Shown in pieces: positions 43,036 to 54,971 of a stretch of DNA of 64,000 bases. The notes under the pieces were generated by a model. The model was not told the DNA's origin and did no database searches. It saw only the letters and a list, made by a program, of their open reading frames with translations. Positions within the stretch are counted from its first letter, which is position 1. Each line of letters starts with the position of its first letter. Source of the stretch: Eledone cirrhosa (taxonomy: Eukaryota); the NCBI GenBank assembly GCA_964016885.1, contig OZ024743.1:148242001-148306000 (forward strand), read 5' to 3'. A program made the translations under genes and the position numbers.

Positions 43036-43511
43036 TCTTCTTCTCTATCTCTTTCTCATTTCTAATCTCTCACTCACTCTTTCCTTCTCTTGAAAAAATC
43101 TGTTGTATTCAGACCTGGAAATGATGGGGCTCCGCCGGGTTTTAAAATGCCCTAGAATCCCTGTATACGGCGCTCCTACGTCTTCCTTAGGAATTACGGG
43201 ACTGTGCATGCATACTTTCACATAAACGCACACAAACTCACACACTCACACGCACTCACATGTATCCAGCTCTTGTACAAACAGGTAACCTATTATAGCA
43301 AATACATCCACACTCCCCTCAATTGCACACACCAACATATAACATTTATATTTCTCAGTACACACGTGAATATCAGTAGATAGTCTCACCGCACACATGA
43401 TTTCACTTCGTATGGATACACACACACTTACAACTTGCTGCGCATTAAGTGAATACATCGCTTCCCATTGCCACTCCACACACCACTAAAAGAAAGCTCC
43501 TATATTTGATA

Positions 43512-43610
<99 letters not shown>

Positions 43611-43717
43611 ATAATAATAAATGTGAAGACTAAAATCCAAAGAGGGCTCGATAAGGAAAAATATATATCAAATATATAAGAACCATAGAACAAATATTTA
43701 TTAAAATAATAGATTAA

Positions 43718-43768
43718 AGTTTAAGCAAAGAATCGCTGCTTTCACCCTTAACGGGATCTTCCGAAACT
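43718..43768 (-). ncRNA. Type I HHR (U4G variant) in family C copy 2 (43607-43770)
   Basis: AGTTT CGGAAGA TCCC GTTAA GGGT GAAA GCA GCGATTCTT TGC T T AAACT. Confidence 0.65.
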
Positions 43769-44072
43769 AAAAAAATCAATCTGTGAACGCAGAAGTAAAT
43801 ATTTCGAAAAACGTTGCAACCGAAGGAAGACAGGAAGACGATACTTTGGTTCGTGAAGACGTTCCCTGGCAATGAACGGAAAAAAGCGAAGATAATACGA
43901 TATTTATTTATTTATGTTTCTACATGTATGTGGTTACTATATGAAGTGATTCGAAAAGAATATTAAACCCAGCTGATGATCCGAATAAGGTAAACCAATT
44001 GTTCTCGATAATGGTGAACTAACTGTTGTGGAACTACTTCTACCAAACCGTCCCATGAATTGAGTGCTCTAT

Positions 44073-44149
<77 letters not shown>

Positions 44150-44153
<4 letters not shown>

Positions 44154-44690
44154 GTTAAAAATGTACATCCACATATGTATACTGAAATACTAGTATGCAT
44201 ATGAATACACACACGTGTACATATGTAGATGTACCGAGTTTTTCACTGTACACTTTACTGTGAGTGTCCAGCTATTCTGTATGTAAACACACAGACAAAC
44301 CGGTTTTTAGAGTCATACTGGTTTTCGAGGAAACACCTTTCCTCTATTCTCCAGAAAGCCAGACAAGGAATATTGGACTAGTTTCGATGTTGTTACATCT
44401 CATCAGCAATATTTACCTATCTTCCGGCCTTTCTAGAGAATCGTAAAAGCACATATCGTTATATGCTTTTTCTATGAAAATTAGTAGTGGGCAGACTAAT
44501 TTGCATAGAGCGTGAGTACGTACCGGTTCAGCGGAGACGATAAAAACAAATAACGAAACGAAATTAAATTTCGTTTCGTTTGTAACTCACTTTTGTATGA
44601 CTAACTTAATTGTTTAAGCGTCAGTCATACAAAAGTGAGTTACAAACGAAACGAAATTTAATTTCGTTTCGTTATTTGTTTTTATATATA
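44150..44690 (-). mobile_element. Non-coding retrozyme-like monomer E (~455 nt) with 5' inverted arm
   Basis: Contains an intact HHR; collinear conserved blocks with 51185-51787; 44612-44685 is the inverse of 44540-44603; (TA)n flanks. Confidence 0.75.
44369..44413 (-). ncRNA. Intact type I hammerhead ribozyme
   Basis: AATATTG CTGATGA GATGT AACA ACATC GAAAC TA GTC CAATATT: canonical core, GUC triplet. Confidence 0.93.
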
Positions 44691-44753
44691 TATAAATATA
44701 TATATATATCAATGATATTAATAAATGGAAACTATATTTATAAATCCATATTG

Positions 44754-44814
44754 ATTTTATTATATATATTTCAAGGGTACCAAAACACTTTGGTACGCTT
44801 TCATCAGATAAAAT
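44754..44814 (-). ncRNA. Intact family D type I HHR in a 150 bp TA-flanked insert (44710-44860)
   Basis: ATTTTAT CTGATGA AAGC GTACCAAA GTGT TTTGGTAC CCTT GAAAT ATAT ATA ATAAAAT. Confidence 0.88.
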
Positions 44815-44860
44815 ACAAAATTTGTTTTATAAATAGTGACATACCCGATAAACCAGACCT

Positions 44861-44891
<31 letters not shown>

Positions 44892-44939
44892 ATATAATGT
44901 ATATATGTATGTGTGTATATATATATATATATTTATGTG

Positions 44940-44970
<31 letters not shown>

Positions 44971-44988
44971 ATAATATATATATGTATG

Positions 44989-45062
<74 letters not shown>

Positions 45063-45596
45063 AACAAGGCTTCTCATATCCATTCATCGATGTAACCAAG
45101 GCTCAAATAAACTTTCATTCAGTTTATAATGCAGAGTAAAATCCAAAATAATCCCACCTTTAATATATTATCAATAAAATATAAATTCAATAATCACACG
45201 TTTGCAACGGAGTTGTCAACATTCTCAATCATAGCCAGCGGTTTTTCTCTTTCCCATTACTTCCTGTCCCCACCTTTAAACATATTCATTTCTTTCGTCG
45301 CTTCCTGTATACATATATATCTGCGGAGAACGTTCATGTGTGTTGTTGAATTCCTTTGCAATATTGTTCATTTCGTTGTACGTTTGTCATATGTTTCTTG
45401 AGTAATTAAGAATTGTTGGTAATCTTTCGTTTAGAGTATCATTGCCTTTTCCTTGGACAGCATCGGTGGCGTGGAGAGAGGGAACTGGTATGCATGAATA
45501 ACTGCTGTTTTTCCACAAACAAACGTTGCCCAGGCTTGTGCATCTGAGTGAAACTTTCTAGGGGCAAAACCAAGGTAATTAGTCACCGACAGGAGC

Positions 45597-45679
<83 letters not shown>

Positions 45680-45784
45680 AGTATATTTACCAACATATGC
45701 GTACAGATGTACACTAATGTTAGCAAATACATAAGTTATGTCACAGTACCTAGGTGGTTCAATGCAGGAGGATGCAGAACAATT

Positions 45785-46461
45785 ATATGAAAGACGTAAA
45801 ATAAGAAAATTTTAAAAATTAAAAATCAACTTACTTACTAAAATGTTCACTCCAACTAATTAGTTTCTGTAATGGGATAAAGATAGTTACGCAATGTAAC
45901 CATCGAGAATTCATTACGTCATCAGGGAGTCTATTCTCAGCTAAGTCTCCAGGCAATGCGCGGACACTAGGGACTCATATAAAAATAATAATAATTCGGT
46001 GGATGGAACAGCTAGCGGGGTCTGAATTCCAAAGCACTGAAAAAGTTCACTGTCTCTGGTCAAATGGCAGATTCTAAAGAATCAATCACGTGACACTGAG
46101 GCTAGTCGGAAGGAGTGGGGTCGTAAAATGACAAAAGCCTACTACCACTACAATGAGTTAGTAGTGGATTTGGCAGGTTTGCTCAACAAATAAATAATTT
46201 GGAGATAAATATTTCAGTGCTTTGGAATTCAGTCCCCGCTAGCTGTTCCAGCCACATAATTATTATTATTTTTAAATGAGTCCCTAGTGTCCGCGCATTG
46301 CCTGGAGACTTAGCTGAGAATAGACTCCCGGATGACGTAATGAATTCTCGATGGTTACATTGCGTACCTATCTTTAACCCATTACAGAAACTAATTAGTT
46401 GGAGTGAAAATTTTAGTAAGTAAGTTGATTTTTAATTTTTAAAATTTTCTTATTTTACGTC

Positions 46462-46470
<9 letters not shown>
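45785..46470. repeat. Head-to-head inverted repeat (~260 bp arms) of an HHR-bearing pLTR-like sequence
   Basis: 45785-46043 is the reverse complement of 46211-46470; ~165 bp spacer. Confidence 0.92.
45849..45930 (-). ncRNA. Type I HHR with expanded stem II (mirror at 46324-46405, plus, U4G)
   Basis: ACTCC CTGATGA C GTAATG [AATTCTC GATGGTTAC ATTGC GTAACTATC TTTATCC] CATTAC A GAAAC TAATTA GTT GGAGT. Confidence 0.85.
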
Positions 46471-46503
<33 letters not shown>

Positions 46504-46508
<5 letters not shown>

Positions 46509-46695
46509 AACGAGTAGGGCCCCGAAGGCTGAGCTCAAGCCGTTTCGACGGCTAATTCGTCCAGAATTAGCCGTCGAAACGGCTTGAGCTCACCCGTCGG
46601 GGTCCTACTCGTTCCTATTACCCACTCTACTACCCTAAGTATTGAGTACTTTGGTGCGTTATGGTCCATCTGGTTCCTTACCACATTTCCTTCGT

Positions 46696-46696
<1 letters not shown>
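46504..46696. repeat. Hairpin mini-insert family A, copy 4 (opposite orientation)
   Basis: Palindrome at ~46504-46618, tail to 46696; (TA)n flanks. Confidence 0.9.
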
Positions 46697-46744
<48 letters not shown>

Positions 46745-46805
46745 GTGCGTATGTGAGTGAGTGTATGTGTGACTGTGTTGTACACACATGCACACACACA
46801 CACAT

Positions 46806-46867
<62 letters not shown>

Positions 46868-47107
46868 TTACATATACATATAATATGTATATATATATAT
46901 GTGTGAGTGTGTGTGCGTGTGCACGTGTAAAATATACAGTCAGACATACAATATACAGTACATACATGTACATACGTACATACATGGATTTCCATATAAT
47001 AAATAAAACGTATATATCTATATGTTTGTGTGTCAGTGTTTGTAATTTTAACTCTTATTCCAACATAGGCTTGGCAAACGGGACTATTAAGATCATATAA
47101 TTTTTTT

Positions 47108-47290
47108 ATGGCAGAACCGGTAGAGAGTTGGACGCCATGCTTTGCAGCATAGAGTTACGGCCCTTTATGATCTGAGTTCAAATCCCGCCGAGGTTAACTT
47201 TGCCTTTCATCCTTACGGGGTCGATAAAATAAAGTACCAATAATGCACTGGTATAATTGCTGGCCTTGTGCCTATATAAGAAACCATTAA
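47108..47290 (+). mobile_element. tRNA-derived SINE
   Basis: Same family as 29284-29470. Confidence 0.88.
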
Positions 47291-48357
47291 TATACATAAC
47301 AATACAAAAAAAAAAGAGTCAGAGAAATATATAAGGACTACTCACTACAACCACTTTGTGAGGGAACCAAGTTAAAAAACAGTTATATTTTTTCATCGCA
47401 ACTAATATGTGGTGTGATTTTGCTGTCTGAAACATCATAACAATGTAGAGAGAGATGTATCTGACCATTCTTTCAAATAGCACAGGGCAAAATTTTATAT
47501 TACTAACCTCGGAAATTGACAATTGTCTTTCTAAGAATATACTGAAAGACACACAATCACACGCACATACCCAACAATATATCTACAAACATGCGTCCAT
47601 ATACACCATACTCTTGCATAGAATTGAACGATTGTAATCGTCTACAACAACCATCTAATGTTGCTAAAATAGAGACATTAGGTATTTTTATTCTGGTAAC
47701 AATTCAATGTCTCTAAATTGGAGACATTTCGATGAATTGATCACAGGATCAACTTTAAGTACTTTTTGTTTAAAATATTGCTGATCGGGGCCCTGAGGCA
47801 AATACAAGGTCTTCTCCGCTATAAATCTGGTCCTGTTGGTAAATTGATATATACAGTAGAAAGCAAAATAGTTCCATCCTGGTGTAAATCCAACGAAATG
47901 TTCACTGATATATCAGCTCTAATATAACTATAGCATTTGTGTTAAATGTGACTAATTCTTAACATCTGTATGAATGTCTAATTACATAAATTTCCTTTCT
48001 CGAAGAACTTTCTAAATAAAGGCACACTGACTGAGAAGAGCTAACATTTTTGCAGATTTCTCTTCACATCATTCACGAGCTATCTTCCATTCTTACTTGT
48101 TTTTTAATTTAAAATCTTTTTTATTATATTTTATTATTATTCTCATGATTTCGGTTTTGTTTCTTACCAAAATCTCATCTTGCAATTTTATGTTTAGGAA
48201 ATAACATAAAAGAGGGGAAAAAAACTGATCTGAAGCAAAACTAATGTAAAACAAATACAAAAATCTAAAAATATACAAAAACAACAGAAACAGCAACCCA
48301 CTGCAACAACATCAACAACAACAGCAGCAGTAGTAGCTGCAGCAGTGGTAGTGGCAA

Positions 48358-48408
<51 letters not shown>

Positions 48409-48776
48409 CTAAATGCTAGATAAATAAATGTCTGAATGAATGAATAAAGGAACTTTATAGAGTATATCATGATTATGAAAATATGGATTAAGCATTTGCA
48501 TGCTCATTTGGCATTTCTTTCGACGGTGAGAAATACAAAGACCCAGCCTTTACCAGCGTTTCTTCACTTTAAATCACTGCAACACACATTCCTTTTCATT
48601 CTATGAACAGAAGAATTGTCTCTATATAATTATGGCCTTTTGTGTCTTCACTAAAATATATCTGAACAACAGCGTTTGGTATGAATAGAAGACTATCTGG
48701 CAAACATCTTTTTTTCATTTTTTGGTGTGAGTATTTTTTCTTATATTTATATATATATATATAAATATATAAATAA

Positions 48777-48883
<107 letters not shown>

Positions 48884-49165
48884 TATTTGGCAGTTAACGG
48901 TACATTGAAATAGAATATTTTCTGTGGAGGTCTTTGTTGAGGATTATACAAATCTAGATGCACCATGTTGATTATTCATCAGTAGCTATTGATATATTCT
49001 GGCAATATTTGAAAGCATATATATCATGTTCTTTGCAGGATTTTTCTTACTGGTTTATGTCTTATCTATTTACCAGCATGAACAAAACTGACAAGTAATT
49101 TGAGTAACTTTTAAAAGACAGACTGGCCAGTCAGGTTCTTATGGTAAATGACTTTAGGACTAAAA

Positions 49166-49196
<31 letters not shown>

Positions 49197-49203
49197 ATCT
49201 ATT

Positions 49204-49242
<39 letters not shown>

Positions 49243-49254
49243 TTATTTCTCTCT

Positions 49255-49325
<71 letters not shown>

Positions 49326-49327
49326 TA

Positions 49328-49376
<49 letters not shown>

Positions 49377-49394
49377 GTGTGTTTATATATATAC

Positions 49395-49700
49395 ATCATC
49401 ATCATCATCATTACCGTTTTACGTCCGTTGTTCCACGCCGCTAGCATAGGGTAGACGGGCAGTGTCCGGTCATGTGTCAACGCCTTTGAGAGTTACAATT
49501 GGGTAAGGTCGGCTTTTATCACCTCATCCCAGGTCTTCTTGGCTCTCCTCACTCCGCAGCTTCCATCGACTTCTAGTGCTCTGCACCTTTTTATGCAGCT
49601 GTCATCCTTCATACGCATCACATGTCCATACCAACGCAACCTCCTCTCCTGCACACAGCATTTGATTCCTCTTATGCTCAGTCTCTCTCTCAATTCGTTT
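49395..49700 (-). mobile_element. RTE-clade LINE 3' end with (GAT)n tail
   Basis: ELRERLSIRGIKCCVQERRLRWYGHVMRM...GVRRAKKTWDEVIKADL. Confidence 0.88.
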
Positions 49701-49907
49701 ATGCTATATATATATATATTCTCTATAAAAACCAAACAGGTCCTCAGTAAAATTATTCTGATGAAATGATAGTTGATAATAACATTGAAATATTGAATGT
49801 CTGCATAACTAATACTTTGTAGATAGCAGCTGTTTTCAGGTTATGTAACTGTTATTGAGACACGTGTCAATAAATTCCTTTTAACTAAACTGTATCCATT
49901 TAAATCC

Positions 49908-49974
<67 letters not shown>

Positions 49975-49975
<1 letters not shown>

Positions 49976-50480
49976 CACACCTGCTTTATGTGCTTGTATT
50001 TTTTATGCAACATCCAGCATTCATATATGCTTGATACTTTTGCCTGTTCAATTGCTTTATGTATGACTAACGCACGTACTGCCTCTTTGGTTTTATTTAT
50101 GTACCAGACGCTCTTGTATTAACTGTCACATGCTCCACCAAAAGCTTTTAATTGTAATTTTGAATCTTACCCATCACACACTCTGGTCCACAATATGTAT
50201 CTGTATGACTCTCTTGCAGAATAGGAGGCTGATTATATGTAAAAACATTATTAATAATGCTCCGATGATACCAAGCTTAGGCTTGGAAGAAACAATGGTC
50301 AGCAATTAAATGTTCTAACATAGCTTTGATTCTTGTGTATTCTATAGTACTGCTCTGTATAGCAAATGATGTTCTTACATTGAGCTATTTATCTTACTGG
50401 TAATAAGGTAGTAATAAATTACTGACCTTACCTGCTTATAGTTGTATATAGTATATACATAACTATAAATAGTATCCTTA
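49975..50480 (+). repeat. Diverged solo pLTR of the PLE1 family with U4C HHR at 50258-50304
   Basis: TGCT CCGATGA TA CCAAGC TTAG GCTTGG AA GAAAC AATG GTC AGCA. Downstream TTACATTGAGCTATTTATCTTACTGGTAATAAG is identical to the reverse complement of ~1860-1892. Confidence 0.82.
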
Positions 50481-50912
50481 ATATGACACTTTCTCTCGAC
50501 TGACCTCTTCCTCCCACTTCCACTCACTCACTCTCTGTTTCTCCCCTTCTCACTTCCTCCCGTTTCGTTAGTAGTGGGGTTCTTTCTTGCTCACATCTCA
50601 CTCACGTCGGACGGTCTGTATTCTGACCGCTCATGAAATTCACCCAGCTTATGCTGACCGGATAACCATGTTGCTTGTTTTTTTTCCTATCTTCGGTTTG
50701 CTTTTATCCTTCTATGTTGTTTACTTGTCTCAGTCGATTTACGCGATTCACTTGTTCCAATAGCTTATTTTAGTTATTGCTCGCACCAACCTGAGGTATA
50801 TGATTTTTAATGCGATGAAATACCAATGATGGTTGGCAAATTACTGACGAGGGACGAATTTTATAATATGTAACCCATGTGCAACCACGCAGTATTCTTC
50901 TTTCTTCCCATG

Positions 50913-50963
<51 letters not shown>

Positions 50964-51040
50964 ATATATATATATACTTCCCCCTTTTTTCTAAATGTAT
51001 TTCCAGACACCCTCTGAACTCTCTTCCTAACCTGTTTACT

Positions 51041-51070
51041 CCTGATGAAGGGCTTTTGCCCGAAACGTCC
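51041..51070 (+). ncRNA. Minimal PLE-type HHR core in a TA-flanked insert (50977-51148)
   Basis: CTGATGA AG GGC TTTT GCC C GAAAC GTC followed by AATAAA; stem I is not preserved. Confidence 0.7.
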
Positions 51071-51144
51071 CCCCCCCCCTCAAAAGCGTGAACCTAATAA
51101 ACCTTTATTTGTCTGCCTCTCTGTTTTGTTCCCGTATAAATTTG

Positions 51145-51184
<40 letters not shown>

Positions 51185-51188
<4 letters not shown>

Positions 51189-51313
51189 GGAAAAGAATGA
51201 AACGAAATTTCATTTCTCACTCTTAGTACGGCTGATATCTAAATATAAGTATGTATACGTACATACATATATGTGTACAGACGTACAGTAGTATGTATAT
51301 ATATACATACATG

Positions 51314-51384
<71 letters not shown>

Positions 51385-51845
51385 ACGTATGGGTTTACCG
51401 AACATTTACTATAATGTTCGGTTTGTATGTAAACAAACAGCCCGAATTACGCCGTACAATGTTCGGCAACCATCGTCGCCCTTTTGTTCAACACTGACAC
51501 AGGAACGATGTACTAGTTTCAAGCTTATTAGCTATCATCAGCATCGTATACCTTTCTGTCAGATGATTGAACGTTTGAAAGTATATACTTTCCTTATGCA
51601 TATTAACGGCTGAGCAGCCTAATTGCCATATCGAGTGAGTTAGTCGGCCGGGCGCACCAAAAACGATAAATGGAAAAGAATGAAACGAAATTTCATTTCT
51701 CACTCTTATACGGCTGATACCTAAATATAAGTATGTATACGTACATACATATATGTGTACAGACATACAGTAGTATGTATATATATAAGCTGCTCAGCCG
51801 TTAATATGCATAAGGAAAGTATATACTTTCAAACGTTCAATCATG
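51185..51845 (-). mobile_element. Non-coding retrozyme-like element F: ~483 nt monomer + partial tandem repeat + inverted arm
   Basis: 51185-51305 is repeated at 51668-51787; 51788-51845 is the inverse of 51563-51618; contains an intact HHR. Confidence 0.8.
51505..51547 (-). ncRNA. Intact type I hammerhead ribozyme
   Basis: ACGATG CTGATGA T AGCT AATA AGCT T GAAAC TA GTA CATCGT. Confidence 0.92.
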
Positions 51846-52882
51846 CATTCAAGCTATGGCATCTCCACCTCTTCCTTGACGGTGATCAGGTGTGGTCGCT
51901 TTTCCTAGACATGTTTTTCCCCAGCTCATTTCTTTGATGGAGCTGCAGTCTTGGGTCAAGCAAAGACCGAGAGGGAGCGCTTGGAGAGTGGAATGTCTTC
52001 AGGCAATCACAGCCCTAAACCAATTGGGCGATGCAATGGGTGGCAACTTCACCTTGGCGTTCTATAGAGGGTTATTGGAGGGAAATAATGACGACGTCCT
52101 TGGGGAGACTCTGGGCGTCGAGGAAAATCAACTAGCCAATCTCTTCGGGATAACTTTCAGGCCAGGTGTCATGGAAAAATTCTAGAAATTCCTGTCCTGG
52201 CAGTGCCACCGAGGAGCTTTGCCAGTTTGTGATAAACTCTACAAGCATGGAAGTGCCATCAGCCGGGCCTGTCCTAGATGCACGCTGGGCGATGAAACCG
52301 TCCTGCACGCACTCGTCCAATGTCCAAGCATTGCTGTCTTGTGGGTTTCTGCCGAACACCTGCTGTCGCATGTAGGAAAGGTCCGGCCATCAGCTGAGTC
52401 TATCGTGTGGGTTGCCCCACCGCCTTTCTTTAGCTAGGAAGGGTAGTCAATTTTATTTGTCTGGTGGCCATGGCGAAAGAGGTCGTGTGGTGGATGCGTT
52501 TGAAAGGGCTGAAGATGTGCACTTACCTCTTAGCAAATTTCATTTGAAAAGGAAAATCAGGGTAGAGAGGGAAATATTCTCTTCCCAGCATTTTGTTGAA
52601 AGATGGGTAAGAGAGGCAAGAATGGCCCGAGTATATGAGTATATACTCTGAGTATATGCCTGTAAATTGCAGGTGGAAAACTGGGAGAGGGCACTTTCCC
52701 TGGTGGTCAGGGTCACCGCGGCTTTTTTAATGGGCTTTTTCTATGAGGAATTTTTTTTGTTTCCTTTTTTGTCATTCCTTTGTTATTTTATTTCTTTACA
52801 TGCAGAAATGACCATTTGTACCATCCTGGGCTGTCCTTAAAGTTATACTTTATGTCAACTCTTGTGGTTAATAAAGAAAGCA
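51846..52882 (+). mobile_element. 5'-truncated L1/Tx1-like LINE (ORF2 C-terminus + 3' UTR), ending in (ATT)n
   Basis: DKLYKHGSAISRACPRCTLGDETVLHALVQC is homologous to 59940-60030; AATAAA precedes the ATT repeats. Confidence 0.9.
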
Positions 52883-52930
52883 TTATTATTATCATTATTA
52901 TTATTTTTTTATTATTATTATTATTATTAT

Positions 52931-54527
52931 TCTTTGAGTCTCAGTTATTGATGTTAGTTAACTGGAAAGTTTGTTGAAATGAATATCAAGCTGCTACCTG
53001 CAGCCTCAGATATTCAGGACGTATCGGAGGGTTCTTGCTGTTCCCAGCAAGCAAGCCTTTTGAAGTGTTCCAAAAAGCGGGGCTGGACTAATCTTCTTTA
53101 ACCATCCTTGGAAACTCTTTGAGATAGTACCTAGTGCGCCTATGACAATCGGGATGACCTTGATTTCATGGCAGTTCCAAAATTCTTTTTAACTCCCACT
53201 TTAAGTCCTGGTATCGGTTAATTTTCTTCCTCTCCTTTACTTGCACTCTCGTGTCAAATGGGCACGCTACATCTACAATCAGGCACGATCTTTTTTCCTT
53301 GTCCAAAACCACCAGGTCAGGCCTATTGTGTTCTAATTTCTTCTCCGTTTGTATCCTAAAATCCCATAGCACCTTCACCTGATCGTTTTCTATCACCGAC
53401 TCTAGCTTATGCTCATACCACTTCTCAGAATGTGGTAAATTGTTTACTTTGCATAGGTGCCAGTGTATCACCCTGCCTATCACATCATGTCTCCAGCCTT
53501 TATAGTGAGTCTGGGCTAGGTGTTTACACTCGGATACAATGTGAGCCACAGTCTCCTCTCTCTCTCCACAGATCCTTCACAGTGGGCTAGCCTCCTCCTT
53601 GTAAATATGGTGTTTCACCCACTTCGTTCTGAGGGCCTGCTCTTGCGCAGCCATTAGCATTCCTTCTGTAGCCTTTTTAAGGTCTCCTCTTTTTAACCAG
53701 TTCCCTGTCTGTGGATCTCTAAATTCAGTTTTCTTAAAGAAAGTACTATGAAGGGATTTTTCATGAAGGTTGCTCTTCCTTCTTGTTGTTATTTCCTCCT
53801 TGTACATCCCATGGTCTATTGTTCTCTCCTTCAGTACAATTTTGATCATTGTCTCCCAAATGTCAGTCACGTATTTGTGCAGGTTGTTTTTCTCCATCTG
53901 AACACAGTCCTCTATGCTGATAAGACCTCTTCCACCTTCAGATCTCTTTAAGTAGAGTTTATCGACATCACTCCTCTTGTGGAACATGTTGTAGATAGTC
54001 AACAGCTTCCTAGTCTTCCTATCCATTTCTTTTTGTTCAGCAACATTTCATTTCAGAATTCCCGCACTGTACCTAATAATAGACACAGCTCGGGAATTCA
54101 CTGCACTTATGGCATTCCTACTATTTAGATGTGATTTTAATACGCTCCTTACTCTCCTAATGTACTCAGATCTTATCAATTCCTTCATTTTTTTTTGTTC
54201 TTGATGCCATCTGCCTCCAGAACACCTAAATATTGGTATCCTTCTTTAGAGTCAATTTCCTTTATCATCTCACCTGTTGGTACCTGGATTCCGTTGCTTC
54301 TGCTCTTCATCACTAGGACTCCACACTTATTAATACCAAATTCCATACATATATCATTGCTGAAAATACGGACAGTGTTAACAAGTAGATCCAACTCCTT
54401 CTCACTCTGCCCAAAGAGTTTAAGATTGTCCATGAAGAGGAGGTGGTTGATGGTAAGCTCTGCTTTTCCCAACTTGCATCCTGCTCTCACTTATCGCAAT
54501 ATAATGGTAAGGGGTATCAGGGCAATG
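52931..54527 (-). mobile_element. 5'-truncated R4/Dong-like LINE (RT 3' half, CCHC, RLE) between (ATT)n tracts
   Basis: INHLLFMDNLKL...MEFGINKC...GGRGL...AAQEQAL...ETVAHIVSECKHLAQ..Y...RHD...LWDF...HNRPDLVV...IVDVACP. Confidence 0.93.
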
Positions 54528-54550
54528 ATTATTATTATTATTATTATTAT

Positions 54551-54740
54551 TGTGGATTGGCAGTATCGGTAGAGGGTCGGACACCATGCTTGGACGCATA
54601 GAGTTACGACCCTTTCCAATCTGAGTTCAAATCCCGCCGAAGTTAACTTTGCCTTTCATCTTTACGGGGTCGATAAAATAAAGTACCAGTAATACACTGG
54701 GATAATTGCTGGCCTTGTGCCAAAAGTAGAAACAAATATT
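54551..54740 (+). mobile_element. tRNA-derived SINE with (ATT)n on both sides
   Basis: A and B boxes and body as in 29284-29470. Confidence 0.9.
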
Positions 54741-54971
54741 ATTATTATTATTAATATTGAGTCTGAACGGAGTCTTTTTGCTCGCTCCCGTAAATTCACT
54801 TATTTACCTGTAAAAACTGATTTATTGAATTTGTTGTTGTTGTGTAAGGCATACAAGCACTTAGACTTTGCCATGAGAAGGGGAAAGAATAATATTTGGA
54901 CCTTTTGGCCCAAATATTTGAACTTTTTTACATTTTAAAAAATGATCGAGAACAAAAAAACAAAAAAAAAC

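Noticed and set aside
43971-44005. HHR-like AG CTGATGA TCC GAATAA GG TAAAC CAATT GTT CT
   Set aside because: G12 is missing and the stems are only 2 bp; probably a relic, but not supportable as a feature.
44499-44506. Octamer ATGCAAAT upstream of the element E HHR as an snRNA-type promoter
   Set aside because: The homologous block in element F reads ATGGCAAT and no PSE was identifiable; kept only as part of a conserved block.
50785-50860. CTGAGG...GAAAT and CTGACGAGGGACGAA motifs
   Set aside because: No consistent stems I-III around either.
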